DNA of 64,000 bases from Gammaproteobacteria bacterium (GCA_041396125.1 JAWKZG010000014.1:116229-180228); one strand, 5' to 3'; shown: positions 40,118-52,214, counted from the first letter of the stretch. Notes: generated from the letters alone by a model not told the origin. Program-made: numbers and translations.

Positions 40118-41094
40118 TATTGAATAACGCCGATCGCCTTGGAGACATCGTGCATGTCACGCTCGGACTGACGCACGAATTCGTCGAATTCCTGGCCACC
40201 GCGCCAGATCAGGGTCAGCCCCTTGGCGGTTGCTTCCTGCTGCCAGGCATCGGACTGGTAGAGTTTGCCGAGGATATCCACCCAGGCATTGTATTCCTCG
40301 TCGCTGACCTTGCCCGGCATGTAGAAGCCGCGCCAGTTGTAGCCGGTCACATCCAGCCCTTGTTCTTTTGCTGTGGGGATATCCTGGAAGGCAGTCAGAC
40401 GGTCATCCGACATGACGGCGAGCGGGCGCACATCACCGGATTCGAGAAAACCGGCTACTTCGCCAATATCTGTGAGCACCGCGCCGATGTGGTTGCCCAT
40501 TAACTGGGTGACCGCATCACTACCACCGGAATACTGCACCCAGCGAATTTTTTCAGATCATCGTCGCTCATGCCGGCTTTTCTGGCCAGCAGCAGCAACC
40601 GTAAATGATCCCAGCCGCCGACATTGGAGGAGCCGCCGGCTACAACCGAGGTCGGATCGTTTTTCAGCGCATCCAGCAGACCGTTCAGGTCGGTGTAGGG
40701 AGAGTCATTATTGACCATCACAATACCGACATCGGCGCCCAGCATGCCAATCCAGCGCATGGCATCTACGCCGGCGGGGTATTTACCCCTGGGCGATCTG
40801 GGTGATACCTACAGTGCTGGCTGCGACGATCAGGTTCGGATCGCTGTCACGCTTGGAGGCGACATTGGCATAGGCAACCGCACCGACACCACCGGCCATA
40901 TTGGTCACCTGAACCGGCTCGTCCAGCAGGTTTTCTTCCTGTAATAATTTCCCCACCGTGCGGCAGGTGAAATCCCAGCCACCGCCCGGATTGGCGGGGG
41001 CAATGCATTCGACATTGGCCGGCTTGAATGCCAGCAAGGGTAATGAGAGCGCGACAATACCAACGGCGCGGCCAAATCTGGATAATTTCAGCAT
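40117..41094 (-). pseudogene. tctC: TctC/Bug-family substrate-binding protein split into three ORFs by two frameshifts (near 40540 at T6 and near 40790)
   Basis: ORFs 40783-41094 (signal peptide), 40500-40760, 40117-40539 all match consecutive parts of Bug-family SBP. Confidence 0.6.
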
Positions 41095-41603
41095 GTGGTT
41101 TCTCCTCGGGATAAAGTCAGGATTTTTTAAAAGGTGCCACGGATTTTTGCTTAAGCGTTTTAATTAACGTCTTGGTTTGAACGTTACGGGCCAAATTACG
41201 GGCCAAATCCGATGGCGAACAACCCCGCCGAACCGGGCAGGGACTGTTATGGGTTCCGACGCGTTAGATTATCAACTCCACGCCATAAAAATGCTACTGC
41301 TGCTATGCTTAATATGTTCACTAAGGCGATACTACACGGGATTGAGCACAAATCCGCAAGTATCTTAAGTTGTTATGAGACAGCCTGAAAACGGGGTTCC
41401 AGAGCGGTTTGTCTAGCATTTTTTTACCGCAGGAAAAAAGGATATATCATGCCCTTATGCCTGACAAGCAGGCTGCCGGGTATGTTATCAGGCGTTAAAA
41501 CTGTACGGTAGGCAGGTGTCTATCATTCCGGCAGAATGATTATATTTATCGCCTGCAATAATCACTATGCAATAACAGACTGACAACACTGCTGGAGATC
41601 TGC

Positions 41604-42063
41604 ATGAGTATTACCGAAAAATTGCAGGCGCTGGGCTATACCCTGCCAGCGCCTGCCCAACCTGCGTTTAATTACGTCCCGGTCACGGTCCATCAGGGCG
41701 TCGCTTATGTCAGTGGCCAGTTGCCGAAAGAAGATGGTGAGGTGCGTATCCAGGGCAAAGTCGGTGCTGAGGTCGATCTGACCCAGGCCAGCCACGCGGC
41801 ACGGGTGTGCATCCTGCAGGCACTGGCCTGTCTGCAGGCCGAGCTGGGTGATCTAAACCGTATTACACAGATCCTTAAAGTGAACGGTTATGTCGCTTCA
41901 GCGCCGGGGTTCAATGCCCAGCCTAAAGTGCTGGATGCGGCCTCGACCCTGCTGGTTTAGCTGTTCGGTGCGCCCGGCCGGCATGCTCGGGCAGCGGTCG
42001 GAGTGGCTGAATTACCCCGGAATGCTCCGGTGGAAATCGAATTAACCGTAGCGGTGACGACAG
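41604..42063 (+). pseudogene. RidA/YjgF-family protein interrupted by in-frame TAG at 41958-41960
   Basis: ...STLLV*LFGAPGRHARAAVGVAELPRNAPVEIELT continues in same frame after TAG. Confidence 0.6.
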
Positions 42064-42073
42064 GAGAGACGCA

Positions 42074-42844
42074 ATGAGCGACTGGTATGAAATGGCGCAA
42101 ATGACCTCGACCGAGTTTGCACAGGCGCGCGAAACCATCAAATTGGCGCTGGTGCCGGTCGGTGCCACCGAGCAGCACGGCTCCAATCTGGCTCTGGCAA
42201 CCGATTACGTGGTGGGGCATCGGCTGGCACAAAGACTGGCGCAGCGCCTGCACCCCAGCGCAGTGGTCGTGCCACCGCTGCCTTTTGGTTTGTCCTACCA
42301 TCACACCGGTTTCGCTGGTACGATGACTTTATCGCCGGAAAGTTTTATCGCTGTCTGTGTGGATATCGCCCGCTCTCTGAAGCGTAATGGTATCCAGCAT
42401 GTGCTGTTCGTGAATGGTCACAATGGCAACACCGCTATACTCAATGTGATTACCACGAAACTGGTCTATGAACTGGACATGAAAGCGGCGACCAGTTTTT
42501 ATTTTGCCCAGGCCTCAGATGTCATCAAACAGCACAGCCAGACCGCCCGTTTTGGCCATGCCTGCGAGATTGAAACCAGTGTGCTGCTGGCGCTGGCACC
42601 GGAACTGGTGCGTCAGGATGCGCTGACAGCCGGTGATCTGAAACCGGCCAGTTTGCAACTCGCGTTCAATAACCAGCCTTTCGCGCTGCAGGTGCCGGTG
42701 CCGTTTCACGAACAGACCCGTAACGGGGTTTTCGGTGATGCCCGTCTGGCCAGCCGCGAAATCGGTGAAGCCATCGTCGAAACCGCTATTGAGCGCACGC
42801 TGACCTTTGTCGAGAGCTTTTTGGCAACGTATCCTGACAAATAA
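42074..42844 (+). CDS. Creatininase-family amidohydrolase
   Basis: LVPVGATEQHG...LFVNGHNGN motifs. Confidence 0.8.
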   Translation: MSDWYEMAQMTSTEFAQARETIKLALVPVGATEQHGSNLALATDYVVGHRLAQRLAQRLHPSAVVVPPLPFGLSYHHTGFAGTMTLSPESFIAVCVDIARSLKRNGIQHVLFVNGHNGNTAILNVITTKLVYELDMKAATSFYFAQASDVIKQHSQTARFGHACEIETSVLLALAPELVRQDALTAGDLKPASLQLAFNNQPFALQVPVPFHEQTRNGVFGDARLASREIGEAIVETAIERTLTFVESFLATYPDK

Positions 42845-42983
42845 ATATATAAAGATAACAACAACAAGATAATAGAAAACAACAAGAGGTGAGAAAAATG
42901 GCCGGGCAGCACAGCGCTGGCTTGTCATGGACAATCATTCATTCCATTGACTGCTAAAAAAACGGAGAAGTAAGGAGAAGACT

Positions 42984-44567
42984 ATGCCTAACGTTCATAA
43001 ATCTGGCTTGTATAAACTGGCACAGGCGGCTGTACTGCTGTCCTGCAGCGCGCTGATCGCAACGCCGACACTGGCGGAACCCTACGGGCCAAGCCCTGAG
43101 AATCCGAAACAGGGTGGCTCGCTGAACCTGGGCTCACTGGTTGAGCCACCCGCGCTGGATCCCTTTCATCAGGCCGCTGATGCCCGTATCCGGGTGAGTG
43201 TGCTGGTGTACCAGGGCTTGCTGTACGAGGATGCCTCCGGTGTCGCGCAGCCTTTGCTGGCGGAGCAGTATCAGGTGTCGGAGGATGGCCTGCGCTATAC
43301 CTTCAAAATTCGCTCGGGGGTGAAATTTCATACCGGCGCGGTCATGACGCCCGCTGATGTCAAATATTCCTACGATTACATCCGCGATCCTGCCAACGGT
43401 TCGCCCGGGGCCAAGGATTTCGCCACCATCGAAGCGATTAATCTGCTGGCTGATGACACCGTCGAGTTCGTGCTCAGTGAACCGAATGCCGCCCTGCCAA
43501 TGACCCTGACCAATAAATACGGCGCTGTCGTGCCGCAGGGCACTTTCGATGATCCCGCTGCCAAAGCGGCACTGAACCAGACCAGCGTGGGTACCGGGCC
43601 GTTCAAACTGGCAGCCTTTGAAACCAACAGTTATCTGCGCCTGGTACGTTTCGAGGACTACTGGCAAGCCGGTCTGCCGTATCTGGACGAGGTCACGTTC
43701 CTGTTTATGCCAAATTCCGCTGCGATGCTGGTGGGACTGCAGAATCAGCGTATTGATCTGGCGCTGCTGGACCGCCCGCAGGACATCGACCGGATTGAAA
43801 AACTCGAACACATCGAGGCTAAGCGCTGGCCTTCGCTGAATCAAAAAGCACTGGATCTGGACAGCGCCTATGGGCCTTTACAGGATGTGCGGGTGCGCCA
43901 GGCCATTTCACTGGCTATCGATAAGCAAAAAATCATGGAAGCTGCATTCAGCGGATATGGTCAGGTGATCGGCACTATGGTAGCCGGTATGCAGGAAACC
44001 TGGGGCGTGCCGCTGAGCGAGCTGCCCATGCAGGGACCGGACCTGGCAGCAGCCCGTCAGTTAATGGCCGACGCAGGCCACAGCGACGGTCTGGAAATGG
44101 ATCTGATCACCATCATCGGCTATGACTGGATGGATCCGGCAGCGCTGACCCTGGCCCAGCAGTTGAGTGAAATCGGCATTACCCTGAACATCCAGAAACT
44201 TGAACTGGGGGTCTGGATTCAGAATTTCCGTAGCCGTCAGATGAAACTCACCTTCAATGACTGGGCTACCAGCCCGGATCCCAATCTGTTGTTCTACCGG
44301 CATTTTCACAAACAACCGGAAGGCGCGGATTTCCGTAACTGGAACAACGATAAAGCCAGTGCTTTGCTGGATCAGGGCCGGACTGAATCCGATCCGGACA
44401 AGCGGCGCGATATTTACCTCGATTTTCAGCGGGAACTGGCCACCACCGTGCCGACGATCATGTTGTTCAGTGCGGATTGGATTTCAGCCGCCAATCGCAA
44501 GGTGAAAAATTACCAGCATCATCCCACCGGCTGGTATTTCGGTCTCGTGAAAACCTATCTGGATTAA
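42984..44567 (+). CDS. ABC transporter substrate-binding protein, peptide/nickel family (DppA-like)
   Basis: 527 aa with signal peptide; SBP family 5 architecture. Confidence 0.8.
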   Translation: MPNVHKSGLYKLAQAAVLLSCSALIATPTLAEPYGPSPENPKQGGSLNLGSLVEPPALDPFHQAADARIRVSVLVYQGLLYEDASGVAQPLLAEQYQVSEDGLRYTFKIRSGVKFHTGAVMTPADVKYSYDYIRDPANGSPGAKDFATIEAINLLADDTVEFVLSEPNAALPMTLTNKYGAVVPQGTFDDPAAKAALNQTSVGTGPFKLAAFETNSYLRLVRFEDYWQAGLPYLDEVTFLFMPNSAAMLVGLQNQRIDLALLDRPQDIDRIEKLEHIEAKRWPSLNQKALDLDSAYGPLQDVRVRQAISLAIDKQKIMEAAFSGYGQVIGTMVAGMQETWGVPLSELPMQGPDLAAARQLMADAGHSDGLEMDLITIIGYDWMDPAALTLAQQLSEIGITLNIQKLELGVWIQNFRSRQMKLTFNDWATSPDPNLLFYRHFHKQPEGADFRNWNNDKASALLDQGRTESDPDKRRDIYLDFQRELATTVPTIMLFSADWISAANRKVKNYQHHPTGWYFGLVKTYLD

Positions 44568-44591
44568 CGCGCTGGCAATCCCGACCCGGCA

Positions 44592-45533
44592 ATGAGTGGT
44601 TTTTTAGTACGACGTTTGCTGGCATCGCTGCTGACAGCGTTGCTGGCGAGCATGGTGGTATTCGCTATTGTGCGCACCGTACCCGGCGATATTGTCATGC
44701 AAATGATGGGGCAAAGCAGCGATGATCCGCGTGCCGAGGCTGCTTTGCGAGCCTTTTTCGGCCTGGATCAACCGCTGTACCGGCAATATCTGGACTGGCT
44801 CTGGCGGGTGCTGCAGGGTGATCTGGGGCGCAGCTGGAATAAAGGCCTGGATGTTGCCGACGCGGTCTGGAGTGCGTTTCTGGTGACTCTGGAACTGGGC
44901 TTGCTGACCTTGCTGCTGGCAACGTTCATCGGTGTGCCTTGGGACTGCTGGCAGCGTTGCGGAAGGGCGCTGGCTGGATCACGCGCTGCAGACCATCAAC
45001 CTGCTGGGACTGTCGGCACCGGTATTCTGGGTGGGGCTGATGCTGCTGGTGGGGGCATCATCCCTGCTGGCCTGGTCGCCGCCGCTGATTTACCGGGGGC
45101 CGTCCGAATCGTTCAGCGATAATCTGGCTATGCTAGTGCTGCCGGTGCTCAGTCTGGGCGTCCTGCAGGCCGCCGCCTATGCCCAGTTCACCCGACAGGC
45201 GGTCATCAGTGCCAAGCGCGAAGACTATGTGCGCACCGCACGGGCCAAAGGGATACCGCTGGCCAGCGTTTACTTCAAGCATATTCTGCGCAATATCCTG
45301 ATTCCCCTGGTGACATTTATGGGTTTGATCCTGATACAGATTCTCGGTGGTGTTGTGATCATCGAATCGCTTTTTTCCCGCCAGGGCTGGGCCGGTTGCT
45401 GCTGAGCAGTCTGCAGCAGCGTGATTTTCCACTGGTGCAGGGCGCTTTATTACTGATTGTCGTGGTGGCGCTGCTGGTCAATCTGACCGTGGATCTGCTG
45501 TATCGCCTGATTGATCCGCGTACCCGCTCATGA
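44592..45533 (+). pseudogene. ABC transporter permease (DppB-like) with two frameshifts (~44935 and ~45385)
   Basis: Three consecutive ORFs in different frames together cover a DppB-like permease. Confidence 0.6.
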
Positions 45534-46378
45534 GTGTGCTCAATGAATCCGCTGCCAAACCGGGCTGGTGGCGGCAGAGCGGCGTGCAGCCGCAATTACT
45601 GTTCGGTACAGCGCTGATCGCTTTGCTGCTGGCAATGGTTATCGCACCGCAGTTGTTCAGCAGCCAGTCGCCGACCGCCATCGATCTGGCGCAGGCTTTA
45701 CAGCCACCCTCGCAGGCGCACTGGTTCGGTACCGACGATGTCGGTCGTGATATCTACACCCGGGTAATCTATGGCGCCCGCATTACTCTTGGGGTGGTGG
45801 CCGGTTCACTGCTGATTGCCGCATTTGTGGGCGGCTGGCTGGGGCTGCTGGCCGGTTTTTACGGCCGCACGGTAGATATGTTAAGCGGGCGTGTGATCGA
45901 TGTGGTGCTGAGTTTCCCGCCGATTATTCTCGGTGTGATTATCACCGGTATTCTGGGACCGGGCCTGCAGAATCTGGTGCTGGCGCTCAGTCTGGTGTAT
46001 CTGCCGGTGTTTTTCCGTATTGCCCGCTCGGGCGCGATCAGCGAAGCGAATAAAACCTATGTTGAGGCAGCGCGCGCGCTCGGTATGAGCCGGCGCCGGA
46101 TTCTGGCACGTCATATCGCCCGTAATGTGCTGCCGTTACTGCTGCTGCAATACATGATTCTGTTTCCGCTGGCCTTGCAAATTGAAGCTGCTCTGGGATT
46201 CCTGGGGCTGGGTATTCAGCCGCCGACGCCGGACTGGGGCGCGATTCTGGAGCAAAGTAAGGATTTTGTCCTGTTTGCGCCCTGGATGTCCTTGTTTCCA
46301 GGCTTGTTCATATTGTTGTCAGCGTTTGGGGTGATGCTGGCGGGTCGTGGCCTGCAACAGCGTCTGGGGCTGGATTGA
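45530..46378 (+). CDS. ABC transporter permease (DppC-like)
   Basis: 282 aa, 6 TM. Confidence 0.8.
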   Translation: MSVLNESAAKPGWWRQSGVQPQLLFGTALIALLLAMVIAPQLFSSQSPTAIDLAQALQPPSQAHWFGTDDVGRDIYTRVIYGARITLGVVAGSLLIAAFVGGWLGLLAGFYGRTVDMLSGRVIDVVLSFPPIILGVIITGILGPGLQNLVLALSLVYLPVFFRIARSGAISEANKTYVEAARALGMSRRRILARHIARNVLPLLLLQYMILFPLALQIEAALGFLGLGIQPPTPDWGAILEQSKDFVLFAPWMSLFPGLFILLSAFGVMLAGRGLQQRLGLD

Positions 46379-48239
46379 GATGACGCCTTTACTTGATGTC
46401 CGTAATCTGAGTGTCCGTTATGGCCACGGTACTGGCGCAGTGATGGCTGTGCAGGATCTGTCGTTCCAGATTCAACCCGGTGAAACCGTCGCGCTGGTGG
46501 GGGAATCCGGCTCTGGCAAAACGGTCACTGCACTGAGCCTGCTGGGATTGCTGGATATCAGCGGCGGCGAAGTGCTGAGCGGTTCGGCCCTATTGCAAAG
46601 CGATTCGGTGCGAAGCGATCCACTTGCGCTGGATCTGCTGACGGCAGATGAACAGCAGCTGGAACGGGTGCGGGGTGATCGTCTGGCGATGATTTTCCAG
46701 GAACCGATGACCGCACTGAATCCGGTGTTCAGTATTGGTGAACAAATTGCAGAATCGCTGCGCCGGCATCGCGGACTGGATCGTGCTCAGGCGCGGCAAC
46801 AGGCGATTGACTTGTTGCATCAGGTGCGCATTTCGGATCCCGAGCAGCGTATTGATCAATATCCACATCAATTATCCGGCGGCATGCGGCAGCGGGTGAT
46901 GATCGCCATGGCGATATGCTGCAAACCGGCTTTGCTGATTGCCGATGAACCCACCACGGCGCTGGATGTGACCGTGCAGGCGCAGATTCTGGAGTTGCTG
47001 CGTACATTGCGTCAGGAAATGGGTATGGCAATGCTGTTCGTAACGCACGATATGGGTGTGGTGGCGGAAATCGCAGACCGGGTGATCGTCATGCGGCATG
47101 GCCGCAAGCAGGAGGAAAACCTGGTTCGGCAATTGTTCGAAGCGCCGCAGCATCCGTATACAAAAACCTTGCTGCAGGCGGTACCACGGCTGGGCAGTAT
47201 GCAGGGCAAAGCCGAGCCGGAACCGTTTGACTTGCTCGATGAAACGCTGTCAGAGTCGCCCGACGAGCCACTATCTGCAGAATCAAATCCTGCTGAGCCA
47301 GCAGCTGACAAGACAGAGCAGGAACCGGAGACAGCCTTATTGCAGGTTACTGATCTCAGTGTCCGGTTCCCGGTACGGGGTGGTTTGTGGCGGCGGATTA
47401 TCGGCCATGTGCAGGCGGTAAATGGCGTTTCACTGCAGCTGCAGCCAGCAGAAACCCTGGCGATTGTCGGCGAAAGCGGTTCGGGCAAATCTACGCTGGC
47501 CAGAGCCATATTGCGGTTGCTGGAACCGGCAGCCGGTGAGATACGGTTTGCTGATAAAACAGTCAGTGCACTGACCGAAGACGCGTTGTTTGCGTTTCGG
47601 CGGGAAGCACAGATGATTTTCCAGGATCCTTACGCAGCGCTTAATCCCCGTATCCGGGTCGGCGATGCGATTGCCGAACCGTTACTTTTGCATCGTCTGG
47701 TCGAGGCGGGGGAGGTGGCTGCAGTTGTCACTGATCTGCTCCGTCAGGTGGGCCTGGATGCCTCGTTTGCCCGGCGGTTTCCGCGCCAGCTGTCCGGCGG
47801 GCAGCGGCAACGCATCTGTATTGCGCGGGCGCTGGGGCTGAAACCGAAGCTGATCGTCGCGGACGAGCCGGTATCAGCGCTGGATGTCTCGATCCAGGCC
47901 CAGATCATTAATCTGATGCTGGAGTTGCAACGGGCTTTTGGTTTGTCCTATCTGTTTATTTCGCACGACATGGCGGTGGTCGAGCGTATCAGTCACCGGG
48001 TGGCCGTGATGTATCAGGGCCAGATTGTTGAAATCGGACCGCGGGCAGCCGTGTTTGACAGTCCACAACACCCGTATACACAAAAACTGCTGGCAGCCGT
48101 GCCAAGTCTCGATCCTGCTCAGCACCGCTTGCGGGAAGCCGCTGATCCCGAGCCGGTAAGCGGGCAGACTGTATCCATGGGGATGCCCGCTGCAGAAATG
48201 CTTGAAGCGGGTGTTGGACATTTTTTCAGAGCGTATTGA
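46347..48239 (+). CDS. ABC transporter ATP-binding protein with duplicated ATPase domains (DppD/DppF fusion)
   Basis: Two Walker A (GESGSGKT / GESGSGKS) and two LSGG signature motifs. Confidence 0.85.
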   Translation: MACNSVWGWIEMTPLLDVRNLSVRYGHGTGAVMAVQDLSFQIQPGETVALVGESGSGKTVTALSLLGLLDISGGEVLSGSALLQSDSVRSDPLALDLLTADEQQLERVRGDRLAMIFQEPMTALNPVFSIGEQIAESLRRHRGLDRAQARQQAIDLLHQVRISDPEQRIDQYPHQLSGGMRQRVMIAMAICCKPALLIADEPTTALDVTVQAQILELLRTLRQEMGMAMLFVTHDMGVVAEIADRVIVMRHGRKQEENLVRQLFEAPQHPYTKTLLQAVPRLGSMQGKAEPEPFDLLDETLSESPDEPLSAESNPAEPAADKTEQEPETALLQVTDLSVRFPVRGGLWRRIIGHVQAVNGVSLQLQPAETLAIVGESGSGKSTLARAILRLLEPAAGEIRFADKTVSALTEDALFAFRREAQMIFQDPYAALNPRIRVGDAIAEPLLLHRLVEAGEVAAVVTDLLRQVGLDASFARRFPRQLSGGQRQRICIARALGLKPKLIVADEPVSALDVSIQAQIINLMLELQRAFGLSYLFISHDMAVVERISHRVAVMYQGQIVEIGPRAAVFDSPQHPYTQKLLAAVPSLDPAQHRLREAADPEPVSGQTVSMGMPAAEMLEAGVGHFFRAY

Positions 48240-48380
48240 ACATGCTCGCTGCAACGCCCAAAAACTGCCTCGCAAACAGCTTATGGTTTGGGGCAGGGGT
48301 GCCCCTTCAAAAATGTCTGGAGGGTATTTTTGAAACAAACGCTAAAACAGTCTCTCGCGCCAGCAACCAGGCGGCCAGGG

Positions 48381-48872
48381 TCATGCCATCCCAGAGTGCC
48401 GCTGGCGGATGAGCTGATCCAGTTCGGCGGGCGTGTACTGATAACACTCGATCTCTTCGGTTGGATCGGCCTGCGCCTGGGTTGGCGTCAGCTCCGTGGC
48501 CAGATAGACCTGACAGGTTTCCTTGGCGGCACCATTCCAGGGGTTAAAGTCACCCAGTAGTTCCAGCCGGGCTGCTTTATAACCGGTTTCCTCGGCCAGT
48601 TCAAAGTGTGCGGTCTGTTCGTGCGTGTGAGTGGCTTTTACGCCGCCGCAGGGGAATTCCAGACTTTCACGCTCACCCAGATAACGATACTGATTAACCA
48701 GAATCAGTTGTCCTGTTGCGGTCAGCGGTACGATCATGCTGGAGCCGTTGGTTTCGGCGTAATGGTATTCGTGCTGGCCATAGCCCGGCACCTCGACATA
48801 ATCCCGGCGATACGTCCACCAGGGGTTCTGCAGCATAACTTCACTGTTTTTCTTACGCCAGCGTTTCAGCAT
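48381..48872 (-). CDS. NUDIX hydrolase (start uncertain)
   Basis: Nudix box GGVKATHTHEQTAHFELAEETGY. Confidence 0.75.
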   Translation of the reverse strand: MLKRWRKKNSEVMLQNPWWTYRRDYVEVPGYGQHEYHYAETNGSSMIVPLTATGQLILVNQYRYLGERESLEFPCGGVKATHTHEQTAHFELAEETGYKAARLELLGDFNPWNGAAKETCQVYLATELTPTQAQADPTEEIECYQYTPAELDQLIRQRHSGMA

Positions 48873-49713
48873 GATGGCTTGTTCCCAGAAGTTCAATCGT
48901 CATAGGAGGGGTATGGGCAGTCGGCATAAATTGTCTGATGCGGGGCCTGATAGAGGATGGAAAGGGCATTTGCGCCGGATTTTCGCAGCACAGCGCCAGC
49001 TTGTGGTTTGGGCCCAGCTGATACAGCCAGAAAGCCCAGTGTGCCGGGGTATCCTGCAAGGTGTCGGCGACTGTCAGACCAATAGTTTTCCGGCCGGGGC
49101 CGGCATGCAGCTGAAAACCGAAACTATCCAGCGCCAGTGCCAGGCCCATGCCTTTCGCTTTGATGAAGGATTCTTTCAGCGTCCAGTAATCGAAAAAACC
49201 GGCATGTTGTTGCGAACCGGGCAGACGCTGCAGATCGGCGCATTCCTGCGGGGAAAAATAACGATCCGCGATATCCAGCAGGCGATTGCTGCGCTCCAGT
49301 GTTTCGACATCGACCCCGATTGCCTGCTCACGAGTAACTGCGCAAGCTACCAGGCCCTTGGTGTGGGAGATATTGAAGCGCAGTGACAGCTGCTCCGGAT
49401 TGGCAACTTCGGGTCGCCCGTAGGTATTGCGACTGAATCGCCAGGCTGTCGGCGGCAGTGGGGCATAACGCGACAGGGTCAGACGCAGCAGCGCGTGCGC
49501 AATCAGGTATTCATGCTGTACGCGGGGGATTTTAATACGCGCCCAGCGGGCGTGTTCCTCACGGTCCAGCAATGCCTGATAGGCTTTGAGAAGGGCCGGG
49601 TCAAAGATGCTTGCAGGCTGGCTCAGCCAGATATGAATATCCTGCTGGCTTAAGTGTTCCGGCGCATTGGCGGCAGGGTCTGGAGTGGTCATGCAGGCAT
49701 TAAAAAACCCCAT
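48853..49713 (-). CDS. 4'-phosphopantetheinyl transferase superfamily (Sfp/EntD-like)
   Basis: FDYWTLKESFIKAKG motif; GVDVE motif. Confidence 0.75.
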   Translation of the reverse strand: MGFFNACMTTPDPAANAPEHLSQQDIHIWLSQPASIFDPALLKAYQALLDREEHARWARIKIPRVQHEYLIAHALLRLTLSRYAPLPPTAWRFSRNTYGRPEVANPEQLSLRFNISHTKGLVACAVTREQAIGVDVETLERSNRLLDIADRYFSPQECADLQRLPGSQQHAGFFDYWTLKESFIKAKGMGLALALDSFGFQLHAGPGRKTIGLTVADTLQDTPAHWAFWLYQLGPNHKLALCCENPAQMPFPSSIRPRIRQFMPTAHTPPMTIELLGTSHHAETLA

Positions 49714-49750
49714 CCGTGCAGAACACGAATGGGGTTTTGTTACAGGCTAA

Positions 49751-50416
49751 TCAGTCGTCGCCGCCGAAAATACCCAGGATCATCAACAAGCTTTGAAAGA
49801 TGTTGAAGATCGATACATACAGGGAGACGGTCGCCATGATGTAATTGGTTTCACCACCGTGGATGATATTGCTGGTTTCCCACAGGATAAAACCGGACAT
49901 CAGCAGAATCACGGCAGCTGAAATCGCCAGTGACATGGCCGGAATCTGGAAGAAGATATTACCCAGCGCAGCCAGAAAAATAACCAGCATGCCGACCATC
50001 AGGAAGCCACCCATAAAGGTGAAATCTTTGCGGGTGGTCAGGACATAGCCCGACAGCGCCAGGAAAATCGCACCGGTACCGAACATGGCGGTCGTGACGA
50101 TCTGTGAACCGTTCGACAGGCTCAAGACAGCGGTCAGCAGCGGTCCCAGGGTATAACCCATAAAACCGGTCAGGGCGAACACCATCAAAATGCCCCAGGC
50201 ACTGTTACGCAGTGCTGAGGTGGCGAACAACAGACCGAAATAACCGAGTAATGTCCACAGACCCATATACGGGGCGTTGGTCATCACCGCAAAAGCAGCC
50301 ATCGCACCGCTGAACAGCAGCGTTAGCGACAATAGCATGTAGGTGTTGCGTAATACCTTGTTAGTCGCCAGTGCTGAGTCTCGGGTACCGGCAACAGAAA
50401 AAGCTCGATCAACCAT
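49751..50416 (-). CDS. Bax inhibitor-1/YccA family membrane protein
   Basis: 221 aa, 7 TM, BI-1 family pattern. Confidence 0.8.
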   Translation of the reverse strand: MVDRAFSVAGTRDSALATNKVLRNTYMLLSLTLLFSGAMAAFAVMTNAPYMGLWTLLGYFGLLFATSALRNSAWGILMVFALTGFMGYTLGPLLTAVLSLSNGSQIVTTAMFGTGAIFLALSGYVLTTRKDFTFMGGFLMVGMLVIFLAALGNIFFQIPAMSLAISAAVILLMSGFILWETSNIIHGGETNYIMATVSLYVSIFNIFQSLLMILGIFGGDD

Positions 50417-50567
50417 AGTAAACCTCCAAAAAATCCTATTGAGTTGTCTAAACCTTGGATAATAATTGCGTTGTGTAGTTCCTGCAAAAACACCGCAAGT
50501 ATAACGAAAAGACAGGTTTGTTACGGGACTTTAACCTGTTTTTAATCGTTAAGGGGCCGTTGGTGCT

Positions 50568-52214
50568 TCACATATTGGGATAATTCGGACCACCCCCGCC
50601 TTCCGGCACCACCCAGACTATATTTTGGGTCGGATCCTTGATATCACAAGTCTTGCAGTGTACACAATTTTGCGCGTTGATCTGTAAACGAGGGTCAGAG
50701 CCGTCGTCATTGCGTACGATCTCATAAACACCGGCCGGGCAATAGCGCTGCTCAGGAGCATCGTACAGGGCCAGATTATACTGTATGGGAATCGCCGGAT
50801 CTTTCAGGGTCAGATGCGCGGGCTGGTTTTCCTCATGATTGGTGCCGGACAGAAAGACCGACGACGGTTTGTCGAAGCTGATTTTGCCGTCCGGCTTGGG
50901 ATAGTCGATCTTGTCGAAAAAACGCGCCGGTTGCAGTGCGGTATGATCAGCATGCTGACGCAGTGTCCAGGGTGCCCGGCCTTGCAGCAGATAGGTATCC
51001 AGCGCGGCGTAAGCGATACCGCCGACCAGTCCCCAGCGGAAAGCGGGTCGAATATTACGCACCTGCTTGAGTTCCTGCCATAACCAGCTTTGCTTGAGCT
51101 TTTCCGGGTAAGCGGTGAGTTCTGCAAACTGGGCGCTATCCGCCTGCAGGGCCTCGTACACGGTTTCAGCCGCCACCATGCCGGATTTCATAGCGGTGTG
51201 GCTGCCCTTGATTTTGGGTACGTTGAGAAAACCTGCCGAGTCGCCGATGATGAGGCCGCCCGGAAACGTCAGTTTGGGAATGGACTGCAGGCCGCCTTCG
51301 CTCAACGCACGGGCACCATAGGCAATGCGCCGGCCACCTTCAAAAAATAGCTTGATTTCCGGATGGGTTTTGAAGCGCTGGAATTCATCGAAAGGGCTCA
51401 GATAGGGATTTTCGTAATCCAGTCCGATGACAAAGCCTACCGCGACCTGATTGTCTTCCAGATGATACAGAAACGAGCCGCCGTAGGTGCCCAGATTCAG
51501 CGGCCAGCCTACCGTGTGTATCACCAGTCCGGGCTCGTGTTTGGCCGGATCGATTTCCCAGAGTTCCTTGATACCAATACCGTAGGTTTGCGGATCAGCC
51601 TCTTCGCGCAGCTTGAAACGATCAAACAGCGTGCGGGTCAGGGAGCCGCGACATCCCTCCGCAAACAGGGTTTGCTTGGCATGCAGTTCCATGCCGGGCT
51701 GGTAATTCTCGGTCTGCTGGCCATCTTTGCCGATCCCCATATCACCGGTCGCAACTCCTTTAACGCTGCCGTCAGGGTGGTATAAAACCTCGGCGGCGGC
51801 AAAACCGGGATAGATCTCCACGCCCAGTTCTTCAGCCTGTTCGCCCAGCCAGCGGCAGACATTGCCCAGGCTGACAATATAATTGCCATCATTATGCATT
51901 TGCGGCGGTGTTGGCAGACGGTAAGCATGTTCGTGCGTCAACCACAGGAATTTGTCCTTCCGGGCCGGGGTTTTCAGCGGCGCGCCACGCTCTTTCCAGT
52001 CGGGCAGGAGCTCGTTCAGCGCGCGTGGCTCGATAACCGCACCTGACATAATGTGCGCGCCAACCTCGGAGCCTTTTTCCAGTACGCACACACCGATTTC
52101 CTGGTCGTTTGCCTGCGCAAGTTGCTTGAGCCGGATTGCTGCAGACAGGCCCGCCGGGCCGGCCCCAACAATCACGACATCGTATTCCATACTTTCGCGT
52201 TGCAAGGATGTCAC
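50568..52214 (-). CDS. Electron transfer flavoprotein-ubiquinone oxidoreductase
   Basis: 548 aa; N-terminal FAD motif [14 protein letters not shown]; C-terminal 4Fe-4[13 protein letters not shown]. Confidence 0.9.
   Translation of the reverse strand: MTSLQRESMEYDVVIVGAGPAGLSAAIRLKQLAQANDQEIGVCVLEKGSEVGAHIMSGAVIEPRALNELLPDWKERGAPLKTPARKDKFLWLTHEHAYRLPTPPQMHNDGNYIVSLGNVCRWLGEQAEELGVEIYPGFAAAEVLYHPDGSVKGVATGDMGIGKDGQQTENYQPGMELHAKQTLFAEGCRGSLTRTLFDRFKLREEADPQTYGIGIKELWEIDPAKHEPGLVIHTVGWPLNLGTYGGSFLYHLEDNQVAVGFVIGLDYENPYLSPFDEFQRFKTHPEIKLFFEGGRRIAYGARALSEGGLQSIPKLTFPGGLIIGDSAGFLNVPKIKGSHTAMKSGMVAAETVYEALQADSAQFAELTAYPEKLKQSWLWQELKQVRNIRPAFRWGLVGGIAYAALDTYLLQGRAPWTLRQHADHTALQPARFFDKIDYPKPDGKISFDKPSSVFLSGTNHEENQPAHLTLKDPAIPIQYNLALYDAPEQRYCPAGVYEIVRNDDGSDPRLQINAQNCVHCKTCDIKDPTQNIVWVVPEGGGGPNYPNM

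Noticed and set aside
41100-41600. AT-rich intergenic region with tandem ACGGGCCAAAT repeat as possible small RNA or tRNA
   Set aside because: Only a 2-copy short repeat with promoter-like AT tract upstream of ridA; no stable structured RNA evident.
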